Notes under the pieces: model-generated | The model's input: only the letters and a program-made list of their open reading frames with translations | The model's database searches: none | Told to the model about the DNA's origin: nothing | Shown: positions 29,179 through 43,200 of the stretch, piece after piece | How the letters are laid out: every line of letters begins with the position of its first letter | Position numbering within the stretch: the stretch's first letter is position 1 | Position numbers and translations under genes: made by a program | Source: Lingula anatina | Taxonomy: Eukaryota > Animalia > Brachiopoda | Direction: 5' to 3' | NCBI GenBank assembly: GCA_051362555.1 | Contig: CM120640.1 | Coordinates: forward strand, 30,275,967 to 30,339,966 | Length of the DNA: 64,000 bases

Positions 29179-32100
29179 TTTATCTGTGTTTGTCATTTAT
29201 CTGTTTTTTTATCTGTGTTTTTATTCATTTTGATTACTGTGCATGTTTGTGTTGTCACTGTTCGTGTTTGTATTTATTGTGAGCACTGTGTATGTCAGTT
29301 TTGTCACTCTATTTGTTTGTAGTCATTTTGATCATTGTGCATTTTAGCGTTGGCACTGTTTGTGTTTATATCTATTGTCAGCAATGTGGATGTCAGTTTT
29401 GTCTGTTTATTTATTTTTAGTCTTTATTTTAACTGTGCATGTTGGTGTTGTCAATGTCATTATAGTTTATGTGTCTGTTTATACTCTGATCACTGTTTCC
29501 ATTCTGTATTGTCATTGAATGTGTTTGTATATATATTGTGATCACTGTGTATGACTGTGTAATCACCCAATTAATTTGTGTTTATTCTTGTTACTATGCA
29601 TGGTTGTGTGGTCACTGTACATGTTAAAATTTATTCTGCTCACTGTGTTTCTTTGTATTCATTTTGATTATTGTGCATGTTATTATTGTCATTGTACATG
29701 TTAATATTTATTTTGACCACTGTTTATGTCAGTTTTTTTATGTTGATGTTTCTATTTATTGTGAGCACTGTGTATGTCAGTTTTTTTTTACTCTATTTGT
29801 TTGTAATCATTACCAATACTCTGCGTGATGCTGTTGTCACTTTATGTCTATGTGTCTGTTTATATGCTGTTTCCTTTGTCTATTCTGTATTGTTCCTGAA
29901 TGTGTTTATATATATTGTGATGACTGTGTATGACTTTGTTTTCACTCTTTTTCCTTGTGTTCATTTCCATTATGGTTAACGTTACAGTTGTCACTGTACA
30001 CGTCAAAATTTTTCTAATCGCTGTGTTTATCTGTATTTTCACTGTGTTTGTTTTTATGTCTGATTAATGTGTTTGTTGGTGTTGTTACTGTTGATGTTTG
30101 TATTTATTGTGAGCACTGTGTATGTCAGTTTAGTTACTTTGTTTGTAATCATTACTATTACTCTGCATGATGGTGTTTTCACTGTATCTCTATGTGTCTC
30201 TTTATATTCTGTGTGCTGTGTCTATTCTGTATTGTTACTGAATATGTTTGTACATTATGAGATGACTGTGTCCAACTTCGTTTTCACTCTTTTTCGTTGT
30301 GTTCACTCTTATTATGGTGAATGTTACTATTGTCACTGTACATGTCAAAATTTATTCTTATCACTGTGTATGACTGTATTTAGACTGTGTTTCTTTGTAT
30401 TTATTTTGATTACTGCATTGGTTGGTGTTGTTACTGTTGATGTTTGTATTTATTGTGAGCACTGTGTATGTCAGTTTTTTTACTCTGTTTGTAATCATTA
30501 CCATTACTCTGCATGATGGTGTTGTCAATATATGTCTATGTGTCTGTTTATATGCTGTTTGCTGTTTCTATTCTGTATTGTTACTGAATGTGTTTGTACA
30601 TTATGAGATGAATGTGTACAATGTCGTTTTCACTCTTTTTGGTTGTGTTCATTCTTATTACGGTAAATGTTACTGTTGTCACTGTACATTTGATATATTT
30701 TTCTAATCACTGTGTAATATTGTTCTTTTCTTATTACTGTGTTTGTCTGTATTTTTACTGTGTTTGTTTTTATTTATTTTGGATACTGCATGTTTGTGTT
30801 GTCACTGTTCAGGTTTGTATTTATTGTGAGCACTGTGTATGTCAGTTTTGTCACTCTATTTGTTTGTAATCATTATTATTACTCTGCATGATGGTGTTGT
30901 CAGTGTATCTCTGTGTCTCTTTTTATTCTTTTTGCTGTGTATATTCTGTATTGTTACTGAATGTGTTTGTATATTATGAGATGAATGTGTACAACGTCGT
31001 TTTCACTCTTTTTCGTTGTGTTCATTTTTATTACGGTTAATGTTACTGTTGTCACTGTACAGGTGAAATTTGTTTCTAATTACTGCGTTGTCTGACTTTT
31101 TACTGTGTTTCTTCATTTTCACTCTTTTTCATTGTGTTCATTCTTATTTGAAATTTTTTTCTTATCACTGTGTATGTCTCTGTTTTGACTGTGCTTGTTT
31201 TTATTCATTTTGATTACTGTGCATGTTTGTGTTGTCACTGTTTGTGTTTATATCTATTGTCAGCAATGTGTATGTCATTTTTGTCACTCTATTTGTTTGT
31301 AATCATTACTATTACTCTGCATGATGGTGTTGTCACTATGTTTATGTGTCTGTTTATATGCTGTTTGCTGTTTCTATTCTGTATTATTACTGAATGTGTT
31401 TGTTCATTATGAGATGACTGTGTACAACTTTGTTTTCACTCTTTTTCGTCGTGTTCATTCTTATTATGGTAAATGTTACTGTTGTCACTGTACATTTGAT
31501 ATTTTTTTCTAATCACTGTGTATGTCTGTTTTGTGACTTTTTGTTTGCATTTATTTTAATTACTGTGTTTGTTGGTGTTGTTACTGTTGATGTTTGTATT
31601 TATTATGAGCACTGTGTATGTCAGTTTTGTTACTCTATGTGTTTGTAATCATTACTATTACTCTGTATGATGGTGTTGTCACTGTATCTCTATGTGTCTG
31701 TTTATATTCTCTGTGCTGTGTCTATTCTGTATTGTTACTGAATGTGTTTGTACATTATGAGATGACTGTGTACAACTTTGTTTTCACTCTTTTTCGTCGT
31801 GTTCATTCTTATTACGGTAAATGTTACTGCTGTCAATGTACAAGTGAAATTTGTTTCTAATTACTATGTTTGTCTGTATTTTTACTGTGTTTATTTTTAT
31901 TTATTTTGGTTACTGTGCATTTTTGTGTTGTCACTGTTCATGTTTGTATTTATTGTGACCACTGCGTATGTTAGTTTTGTCACTCTATTTGTTTGTAATC
32001 ATTACTATTAGTCTGCATGATGGTGTTGTCACTGTATCTCTATGTGTCTCTATATTCTGTGTGCTGTGTCTATTCTGTATTGTTACTGAATGTGTTTGTA

Positions 32101-35033
32101 CATTATGAGATGACTGTGTACAACTTTGTTTTCACTCTTTTTCGTGTTCATTCTTATTACGGTAAATGTTACTGTTGTCACTGTACATGTGAATTTTTTT
32201 TCTAATCACTGTGTTTCTGTTTTGTGACTGTGTTTGTTTGTATTTATTGTGAGCACTGTGTATGTCAGTTTTATCACTCTATTTGTTTGTAATCATTACT
32301 ATTACTGTGCATGATTGGGTTATCACTATGTTTATGTGTCTGTTTATATGCTGTTTGCTGTTTCTATTCTGTATTGTTACTGAATGTGTTTGTACATTAT
32401 GAGATGACTATGTACAACTTCGTTTTCACTCTTTTTCGTCGTGTTCATTCTTATTTCAGTAAATGTTACTGTTGTCACTGTACATGTGAAAATTGTTTCT
32501 AATCACTGTGTTTCTGTTTTGTGACTGTGTTTGTTTGTATTTATTGTGATTACTGTGTTTGTTGCTGTTATTACTGTTGATGTTTGTATTTATTGTTAGC
32601 ACTGTGTATGTCAGTTTTGTCACTCTATTTGTTTGTAATCATTACTATTACTCTGCATGATTGGGTTGTCACTATGTTTATGTGTCTCTTTATATTCTGT
32701 GTGCTGTGTCTATTCTGTATTATTACTGAATGTGTTTGTTCATTATGAGATGACTGTGTACAACTTTGTTTTCACTCTTTTTCGTCGTGTTCATTCTTAT
32801 TATGGTGAATGTTACTATTGTCACTGTACATGTCAAAATTTATTATCACTGTGTATGACTGTATTGTGACTGTGTTTCTTTGTATTTATTTTGATTACTG
32901 CATTGGTTGGTGTTGTTACTGTTGATGTTTGTATTTATTGTGAGCACTGTGTATGTCAGTTTTTTTACTCTGTTTGTAATCATTACCATTACTCTGCATG
33001 ATGGTGTTGTCAATATATATGTCTATGTGTCTGTTTATATGCTGTTTGCTGTTTCTATTCTGTATTGTTACTGAATGTGTTTGTTCATATCGAGATGACT
33101 GTTTACGCCTTCGTTTTCACTCTTTTACCTTGTGTTCTTGTCATTAAGGTGAATGTTACTGTTGTCCCTGTACGTTTCAAATTTTTTTACTCTTTTTCCT
33201 TGTGTTCATTCTCATTATGGTAAATGTCATTGTTGTCATTGTACATGTAAAATTTTTTTCTAATCACTGTGTTTCTGTTTTGTGACTGTGTTTCTTTGTA
33301 TTTATTTTGATTACTATGTTTGTTGGTGTTGTTACTGTTGATGTTTGTATTTATTGTGAGCACTGTGTATGTCAGTTTTGTTACTCTATTTGTTTGTAAT
33401 CATTACTATTACTGTGCATGATGGTGTTGTCACTATGTTTATGTGTCTGTTTATATGCTGTTTGCTGTTTCTATTCTGTATTGTTACTGAATGTGTTTTT
33501 ACATTAAGAGATGACTGTGTACAACTTTGTTTTCACTCTTTTTCGTCGTGTTCATTCTTATTACGGTAAATGTTACTGTTGTCACTGTACAAGTGAAATT
33601 TGTTTCTAATTACTATGTTTGTCTGTATTTTTACTGTGTTTGTTTTTATTTATTTTGGTTACTGTGCATTTTTGTGTTGTCACTGTTCATGTTTGTATTT
33701 ATTGTGACCACTGCGTATGTCAGTTTTGTCACTCTATTTGTTTGTAATCATTACTATTAGTCTGCATGATGGTGTTGTCACTGTATCTCTATGTGTCTCT
33801 TTATATTCTGTGTGCTGTGTCTGTGTTCACTGTTTTTCGTCGTGTTCATTCTTATTATGGTGAATGTTACTGTTCTCACTGTACATGTGAATTTTTTTTT
33901 CTAATCACTGTGTATGTCTGTTTTGTAATTTTTTATTTGCATTTATTTTGATTACTGTGTTTGTTGGTGTTGTTACTGTTATTGTTTATATTTATTATGA
34001 GCACTATGTATGTCAGTTTTGTTACTCAATTTGTTTGTAATCATTACTATTACTCTGCATGATGGTGTTGTCACTGTATGTCTATGTGTCTCTTTATATT
34101 CTCTTTGCTGTGTCTATTCTGTATTGTTACTGAATGTGTTTGTACATTATGAGATGAATGTGTACAACATCATTTTCACTCTTTTTCGTTGTGTTCATTC
34201 TTATTATGGTAAATGTTACTGTTGTCACTGTACACTGTCTGTATTTTTACTGTGTTTCTTTGTATTTATTTTGATTACTGTGTTGGTTGGTGTTGTTACT
34301 GTTGATGTTTGTATTTATTGTGAGCACTGTGTATGTCAGTTTTTTTACTCTATTTGTTTGTAATCATTACCTTTACTCTGCATGATGGTGTTGTCAGTAT
34401 ATGTCTATGTGTCTGTTTATATGCTGTTTGCTGTTTCTATTGTGTATTGTTACTGAATGTGTTTATTCATATCGAGATGACTGTTTACGATTTCGTTTTC
34501 ACTCTTTTACCTTGTGTTCTTGTCATTATGGTGAATGTCATTGTTGTCACTGTACATGTGAAATTTTTTTCTAATCACTGTGTTTCTGTTTTGTGACTGT
34601 GTTTGTTTGTATTTATTTTGATTACTGTGTTTGTTGGTGTTGTTACTGTTGATGTTTGTATTTATTGTGAACACTGTGTATGTCAGTTTTGTCACTCTAT
34701 TTGTTTGTAATCATTACTAACACTATGTTTATGTGTCTGTTTATATGCTGTTTGATGTTTCTATTCTGTATCGTTACTGAATGTGTTTGTACATTATGAG
34801 ATGACTGTGTACAACTTTGTTTTCACTCTTTTTTGTCATGTTCATTCTTAGTACGGTAAATGTTACTGTTCTCACTGTACATTTGATATTTTTTTCTAAT
34901 CACTGTGTATGTCTGTGTTTTGACTGTGCTTGTTTTTATTCATTTTGATTACTATGCATGTTTGTGTTGTCACTGTTCGTGTTTGTATTTATTGTGAGCA
35001 CTGTGTATGTCAGTTTTGTCACTCTATTTGTTT

Positions 35034-35145
35034 ACGTAATTTTAACTAATTAACATTATTTAATGCTATATAATATCTAACACCATTCTTTAACAGAGGG
35101 ACCTTTCAATAAAAGCAGCCGCTACCGGCCAAATTTCGAACACTA
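35034..35145 (-). mobile_element. Foreign relic, copy 9
   Basis: accattctttaacagaggg variant. Confidence 0.5.
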
Positions 35146-38100
35146 TTTATCTGTGTTTGTCATTTATCTGTTTTTTTAATCTGTGTTTTTATTCATTTTG
35201 ATTACTGTGCATGTTTGTGTTGTCACTGTTAGTGTTTGTATTTATTGTGAGCACTGTGTATATCAGTTTTGTCACTCTATTTGTTTGTAATCATTACTAT
35301 TATTCTGCATGATGGTGTTGTCAGTGTATCTCTATGTTTCTCTTTATATTCTGTGTGCTGTGTCTATTCTGTATTGTTACTGAATATGTTTGTACATTAT
35401 GAGATGACTGTGTACAACTTCATTTTCACTCTTTTTCATTGTGTTCAGTCTTATTATGGTGAATGTTACAATTGTCACTGTACATGTCAAAATTTATTCT
35501 GATCACTGTGTATGACTGTATTGTGACTGTGTTTCTTTGTATTTATTTTGATTACTGTGTTGGTTGGTGTTGTTACTGTTGATGTTTGTATTTATTGTGA
35601 GCACTGTGTATGTCAGTTGTTTTACTCTATTTGTTTGTAATCATTACCATTACTCTGCATAATGGATCTGTCAATATATGTCTATGTGTCTGTTTATATG
35701 CTGTTTGCTGTTTCTATTCTGCATTGTTACTGAATGTGTTTATTCATATTGAGATGACTGTTTACGATTTCATTTTCACTCTTTTACCTTGTATTCTTGT
35801 CATTATGGTGAATGTCATTGTTGTCACTGTACATGTGAAATCTTTTTCTAATCACTGTGTTTCTGTTTTGTGACTGTGTTTGTTTGTATTAATTTTGATT
35901 ACTGTGTTTGTTGGTGTTGTTACTGTTGATATTTGTATTTATTGTGAACACTGTGTATATCAGTTTTGTCACTCTATTTGTTTGTAATCATTACTATTAC
36001 TGTGCATGATGGTGTTGTCACTATGTTTATGTGTCTGTTTATATGCTGTTTGCTGTTTCTATTCTATATTGTTACTGAATGTGTTTGTACATTATGAGAT
36101 GACTGTCTACAACTTCATTTTCACTCTTTTTCATTGTGTTCATTCTTATTTGAAATTTTTTTCTTATCACTGTGTATGTCTATGTTTTGACTGTGCTTGT
36201 TTTTATTCATTTTGATTACTGTGCATGTTTGTGTTGTCACTGTTTGTGTTTATATCTATTGTCAGCAATGTGTATGTCAGTTTTGTCACTCTATTTGTTT
36301 GTAATCATTACTATTACTCTGCATGATTGGGTTATCACTATGTTTATGTGTCTCTTTATATTCTGTGTGCTGTGTCTATTCTGTATTGTTACTGAATGTG
36401 TTTGTACATTATGAGATGACTATGTACAACTTCGTTTTCACTCTTTTTCGTCGTGTTCATTCTTATTTCAGTAAATGTTACTGTTGTCACTGTACATGTG
36501 AAAATTGTTTCTAATCACTGTGTTTCTGTTTTGTGACTGTGTTTGTTTGTATTTATTGTGATTACTGTGTTTGTTGCTGTTATTACTGTTGATGTTTGTA
36601 TTTATTGTTAGCACTGTGTATGTCAGTTTTGTCACTCTATTTGTTTGTAATCATTACTATTACTCTGCATGATTGGGTTGTCACTATGTTTATGTGTCTC
36701 TTTATATTCTGTGTGCTGTGTCTATTCTGTATTGTTACTGAATGTGTTTGTACATTATGAGATGACTGTGTACAACTTCGTTTTCACTCTTTTTCGTTGT
36801 GTTCATTCTTATTACGGTAAATGTTTCTGTTGTCACTGTACATGTGAAATTTGTTTCTAATAACTGTGTTTGTCTGTATTTTTACTGTGTTTATTTTTAT
36901 TTATTTTGGTTACTATGCATGTTTGTGTTGTCACTGTTTGTGTTTGTATTTATTGTGAGCACTGTGTATGTCAGTTTTGTCACTATGTTTATGTGTCTGT
37001 TTATATGCTGTTTGCTGTTTCTATTCTGTATTATTACTGAATGTGTTTGTTCATTATGAGATGACTGTGTACAACTTTGTTTTCACTCTTTTTCGTCGTG
37101 TTCATTCTTATTATGGTAAATGTTACTGTTGTCACTGTACATTTGATATTTTTTTCTAATCACTGTGTATGTCTGTTTTGTGACTTTTTGTTTGCATTTA
37201 TTTTAATTACTGTGTTTGTTGGTGTTGTAACTGTTGATGTTTGTATTTATTGTGAGCACTGTGTATGTCAGTTTTTTTACTCTTTGTTTGTAATCATTAC
37301 TATTACTGTGCATGATGGTGTTGTCACTATGTTTATGTGTCTGTTTATATGCTGTTTGCTGTTTCTATTCTGTATTGTTACTGAATGTGTTTGTACATTA
37401 TGAGATGACTGTGTACAACTTTGTTTTCACTCTTTTTCGTCGTGTTCATTCTTATTACGGTAAATGTTACTGCTGTCAATGTACAAGTGAAATTTGTTTC
37501 TAATTACTATGTTTGTCTGTATTTTTACTGTGTTTATTTTTATTTATTTTGGTTACTGTGCATTTTTGTGTTGTCACTGTTCATGTTTGTATTTATTGTG
37601 ACCACTGCGTATGTTAGTTTTGTCACTCTATTTGTTTGTAATCATTACTATTAGTCTGCATGATGGTGTTGTCACTGTATCTCTATGTGTCTCTATATTC
37701 TGTGTGCTGTGTCTATTCTGTATTGTTACTGAATGTGTTTGTACATTATGAGATGACTGTGTACAACTTTGTTTTCACTCTTTTTCGTGTTCATTCTTAT
37801 TACGGTAAATGTTACTGTTGTCACTGTACATGTGAATTTTTTTTCTAATCACTGTGTTTCTGTTTTGTGACTGTGTTTGTTTGTATTTATTGTGAGCACT
37901 GTGTATGTCAGTTTTATCACTCTATTTGTTTGTAATCATTACTATTACTGTGCATGATTGGGTTATCACTATGTTTATGTGTCTGTTTATATGCTGTTTG
38001 CTGTTTCTATTCTGTATTGTTACTGAATGTGTTTGTACATTATGAGATGACTATGTACAACTTCGTTTTCACTCTTTTTCGTCGTGTTCATTCTTATTTC

Positions 38101-40096
38101 AGTAAATGTTACTGTTGTCACTGTACATGTGAAAATTGTTTCTAATCACTGTGTTTCTGTTTTGTGACTGTGTTTGTTTGTATTTATTGTGATTACTGTG
38201 TTTGTTGCTGTTATTACTGTTGATGTTTGTATTTATTGTTAGCACTGTGTATGTCAGTTTTGTCACTCTATTTGTTTGTAATCATTACTATTACTCTGCA
38301 TGATTGGGTTGTCACTATGTTTATGTGTCTCTTTATATTCTGTGTGCTGTGTCTATTCTGTATTATTACTGAATGTGTTTGTTCATTATGAGATGACTGT
38401 GTACAACTTTGTTTTCACTCTTTTTCGTCGTGTTCATTCTTATTATGGTGAATGTTACTATTGTCACTGTACATGTCAAAATTTATTATCACTGTGTATG
38501 ACTGTATTGTCACTGTGTTTCTTTGTATTTATTTTGATTACTGCATTGGTTGGTGTTGTTACTGTTGATGTTTGTATTTATTGTGAGCACTGTGTATGTC
38601 AGTTTTTTTACTCTGTTTGTAATCATTACCATTACTCTGCATGATGGTGTTGTCAATATATGTCTATGTGTCTGTTTATATGCTGTTTGCTGTTTCTATT
38701 CTGTATTGTTACTGAATGTGTTTGTTCATATCGAGATGACTGTTTACGCCTTCGTTTTCACTCTTTTACCTTGTGTTCTTGTCATTATGGTGAATGTCAT
38801 TGTTGTCACATATGCTGTTTGCTGTTTCTATTCTGTATCGTTACTGAATGTGTTTGTACATTATGAGATGACTGTGTACAACTTTGTTTTCACTCTTTTT
38901 CGTCGTGTTCATTCTTATTATGGTGAATGTTACTGTTCTCACTGTACATGTGAATTTTTTTTTCTAATCACTATGTATGTCTGTTTTGTAACTTTTTATT
39001 TGCATTTATTTTGATTACTGTGTTTGTTGGTGTTGTTACTGTTATTGTTTATATTTATTATGAGCACTGTGTATGTCAGTTTTGTTACTCAATTTGTTTG
39101 TAATCATTACTATTACTCTGCATGATGGTGTTGTCACTGTATGTCTATGTGTCTCTTTATATTCTCTTTGCTGTGTCTATTCTGTATTGTTACTGAATGT
39201 GTTTGTACATTATGAGATGAATGTGTACAACATCGTTTTCACTCTTTTTCGTTGTGTTCATTCTTATTATGGTAAATGTTACTGTTGTCACTGTACACTG
39301 TCTGTATTTTTACTGTGTTTCTTTGTATTTATTTTGATTACTGTGTTGGTTGGTGTTGTTACTGTTGATGTTTGTATTTATTGTGAGCACTGTGTATGTC
39401 AGTTTTTTTACTCTATTTGTTTGTAATCATTACCTTTACTCTGCATGATGGTGTTGTCAATATATGTCTATGTGTCTGTTTATATGCTGTTTGCTGTTTC
39501 TATTGTGTATTGTTACTGAATGTGTTTATTCATATCGAGATGACTGTTTACGATTTCGTTTTCACTCTTTTACCTTGTGTTCTTGTCATTATGGTGAATG
39601 TCATTGTTGTCACTGTACATGTGAAATTTTTTTCTAATCACTGTGTTTCTGTTTTGTGACTGTGTTTGTTTGTATTTATTTTGATTACTGTGTTTGTTGG
39701 TGTTGTTACTGTTGATGTTTGTATTTATTGTGAACACTGTGTATGTCAGTTTTGTCACTCTATTTGTTTGTAATCATTACTAACACTATGTTTATGTGTC
39801 TGTTTATATGCTGTTTGCTGTTTCTATTCTGTATCGTTACTGAATGTGTTTGTACATTATGAGATGACTGTGTACAACTTTGTTTTCACTCTTTTTTGTC
39901 ATGTTCATTCTTAGTACGGTAAATGTTACTGTTCTCACTGTACATTTGATATTTTTTTCTAATCACTGTGTATGTCTATGTTTTGACTGTGCTTGTTTTT
40001 ATTCATTTTGATTACTATGCATGTTTGTGTTGTCACTGTTCGTGTTTGTATTTATTGTGAGCACTGTGTATGTCAGTTTTGTCACTCTATTTGTTT

Positions 40097-40208
40097 ACGT
40101 AATTTTAACTAATTAACATTATTTAATGCTATATAATATCTAACACCATTCTTTAACAGAGGGACCTTTCAGTAAAAGCAGCCGCTACCGGCCAAATTTC
40201 GAACACTA
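40097..40208 (-). mobile_element. Foreign relic, copy 10
   Basis: Same variant as copy 9, offset +5063. Confidence 0.5.
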
Positions 40209-43200
40209 TTTATCTGTGTTTGTCATTTATCTGTTTTTTTTATCTGTGTTTTTATTCATTTTGATTACTGTGCATGTTTGTGTTGTCACTGTTAGTGTTT
40301 GTATTTATTGTGAGCACTGTGTATATCAGTTTTGTCACTCTATTTGTTTGTAATCATTACTATTATTCTGCATGATGGTGTTGTCAGTGTATCTCTATGT
40401 TTCTCTTTATACTCTGTGTGCTGTGTCTATTCTGTATTGTTACTGAATATGTTTGTACATTATGAGATGACTGTGTCCAACTTCATTTTCACTCTTTTTC
40501 GTCGTGTTCAGTCTTATTATGGTGAATGTTACAATTGTCACTGTACATGTCAAAATTTATTCTGATCACTGTGTATGACTGTATTGTGACTGTGTTTCTT
40601 TGTATTTATTTTGATTACTGTGTTGGTTGGTGTTGTTACTGTTGATGTTTGTATTTATTGTGAGCACTGTGTATGTCAGTTGTTTTACTCTATTTGTTTG
40701 TAATCATTACCATTACTCTGCATAATGGATCTGTCAATATATGTCTATGTGTCTGTTTATATGCTGTTTCTATTCTGTATTGTTACTGAATGTGTTTATT
40801 CATATTGAGATGACTGTTTACGATTTCATTTTCACTCTTTTACCTTGTATTCTTGTCATTATGGTGAATGTTATTGTTGTCACTGTACATGTGAAATCTT
40901 TTTCTAATCACTGTGTTTCTGTTTTGTGACTGTGTTTGTTTGTATTAATTTTGATTACTGTGTTTGTTGGTGTTGTTACTGTTGATATTTGTATTTATTG
41001 TGAACACTGTGTATATCAGTTTTGTCACTCTATTTGTTTGTAATCATTACTATTACTGTGCATGATGGTGTTGTCACTATGTTTATGTGTCTGTTTATGT
41101 GCTGTTTGCTGTTTCTATTCTGTATTGTTACTGAATGTGTTTGTACATTATGAGATGACTATGTACAACTTCGTTTTCACTCTTTTTCGTCGTGTTCATT
41201 CTTATTTCAGTAAATGTTACTGTTGTCACTGTACATGTGAAAATTGTTTCTAATCACTGTGTTTCTGTTTTGTGACTGTGTTTGTTTGTATTTATTGTGA
41301 TTACTGTGTTTGTTGCTGTTATTACTGTTGATGTTTGTATTTATTGTTAGCACTGTGTATTCCAGTTTTGTCACTCTATTTGTTTGTAATCATTACTATT
41401 ACTCTGCATGATTGGGTTGTCACTATGTTTATGTGTCTCTTTATATTCTGTGTGCTGTGTCTATTCTGTATTATTACTGAATGTGTTTGTTCATTATGAG
41501 ATGACTGTGTACAACTTTGTTTTCACTCTTTTTCGTCGTGTTCATTCTTATTATGGTGAATGTTACTATTGTCACTGTACATGTCAAAATTTATTATCAC
41601 TGTGTATGACTGTATTGTCACTGTGTTTCTTTGTATTTATTTTGATTACTGCATTGGTTGGTGTTGTTACTGTTGATGTTTGTATTTATTGTGAGCACTG
41701 TGTATGTCAGTTTTTTTACTCTGTTTGTAATCATTACCATTACTCTGCATGATGGTGTTGTCAATATATGTCTATGTGTCTGTTTATATGCTGTTTGCTG
41801 TTTCTATTCTGTATTGTTACTGAATGTGTTTGTTCATATCGAGATGACTGTTTACGCCTTCGTTTTCACTCTTTTACCTTGTGTTCTTGTCATTAAGGTG
41901 AATGTTACTGTTGTCCCTGTACGTTTCAAATTTTTTTACTCTTTTTCCTTGTGTTCATTCTCATTATGGTAAATGTCATTGTTGTCATTGTACATGTATA
42001 ATTTTTTTCTAATCACTGTGTTTCTGTCTTGTGACTGTGTTTCTTTGTATTTATTTTGATTACTATGTTTGTTGGTGTTGTTACTGTTGATGTTTGTATT
42101 TATTGTGAGCACTGTGTATGTCAGTTTTGTTACTCTATTTGTTTGTAATCATTACTATTACTGTGCATGATGGTGTTGTCACTATGTTTATGTGTCTGTT
42201 TATATGCTGTTTGCTGTTTCTATTCTGTATTGTTACTGAATGTGTTTTTACATTAAGAGATGACTGTGTACAACTTTGTTTTCACTCTTTTTCGTCGTGT
42301 TCATTCTTATTACGGTAAATGTTACTGTTGTCACTGTACAAGTGAAATTTGTTTCTAATTACTATGTTTGTCTGTATTTTTACTGTGTTTGTTTTTATTT
42401 ATTTTGGTTACTGTGCATTTTTGTGTTGTCACTGTTCATGTTTGTATTTATTGTGACCACTGCGTATGTCAGTTTTGTCACTCTATTTGTTTGTAATCAT
42501 TACTATAAGTCTGCATGATGGTGTTGTCACTGTATCTCTATGTGTCTCTTTATATTCTGTGTGCTGTGTCTGTGTTCACTGTTTTTCGTCGTGTTCATTC
42601 TTATTATGGTGAATGTTACTGTTCTCACTGTACATGTGAATTTTTTTTTCTAATCACTGTGTATGTCTGTTTTGTAACTTTTTATTTGCATTTATTTTGA
42701 TTACTGTGTTTGTTGGTGTTGTTACTGTTGATATTTGTATTTATTGTGAACACTGTGTATGTCAGTTGTTTTACTCTATTTGTTTGTAATCATTACCATT
42801 ACTCTGCATAATGGATCTGTCAATATATGTCTATGTGTCTGTTTATATGCTGTTTGTTGTTTCTATTCTGTATTGTTACTGAATGTGTTTATTCATATTG
42901 AGATGACTGTTTACGATTTCATTTTCACTCTTTTACCTTGTATTCTTGTCATTATGGTGAATGTCATTGTTGTCACTGTACATGTGAAATCTTTTTCTAA
43001 TCACTGTGTTTCTGTTTTGTGACTGTGTTTGTTTGTATTAATTTTGATTACTGTGTTTGTTGGTGTTGTTACTGTTGATATTTGTATTTATTGTGAACAC
43101 TGTGTATATCAGTTTTGTCACTCTATTTGTTTGTAATCATTACTATTACTGTGCATGATGGTGTTCTCACTATGTTTATGTGTCTGTTTATATGCTGTTT

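Noticed and set aside
2679-40208. Repeat-plus-insert pattern as a CRISPR-like array
   Set aside because: The inserts are copies of one sequence rather than unique spacers, the units are far too long, there are no cas genes and the context is eukaryotic.
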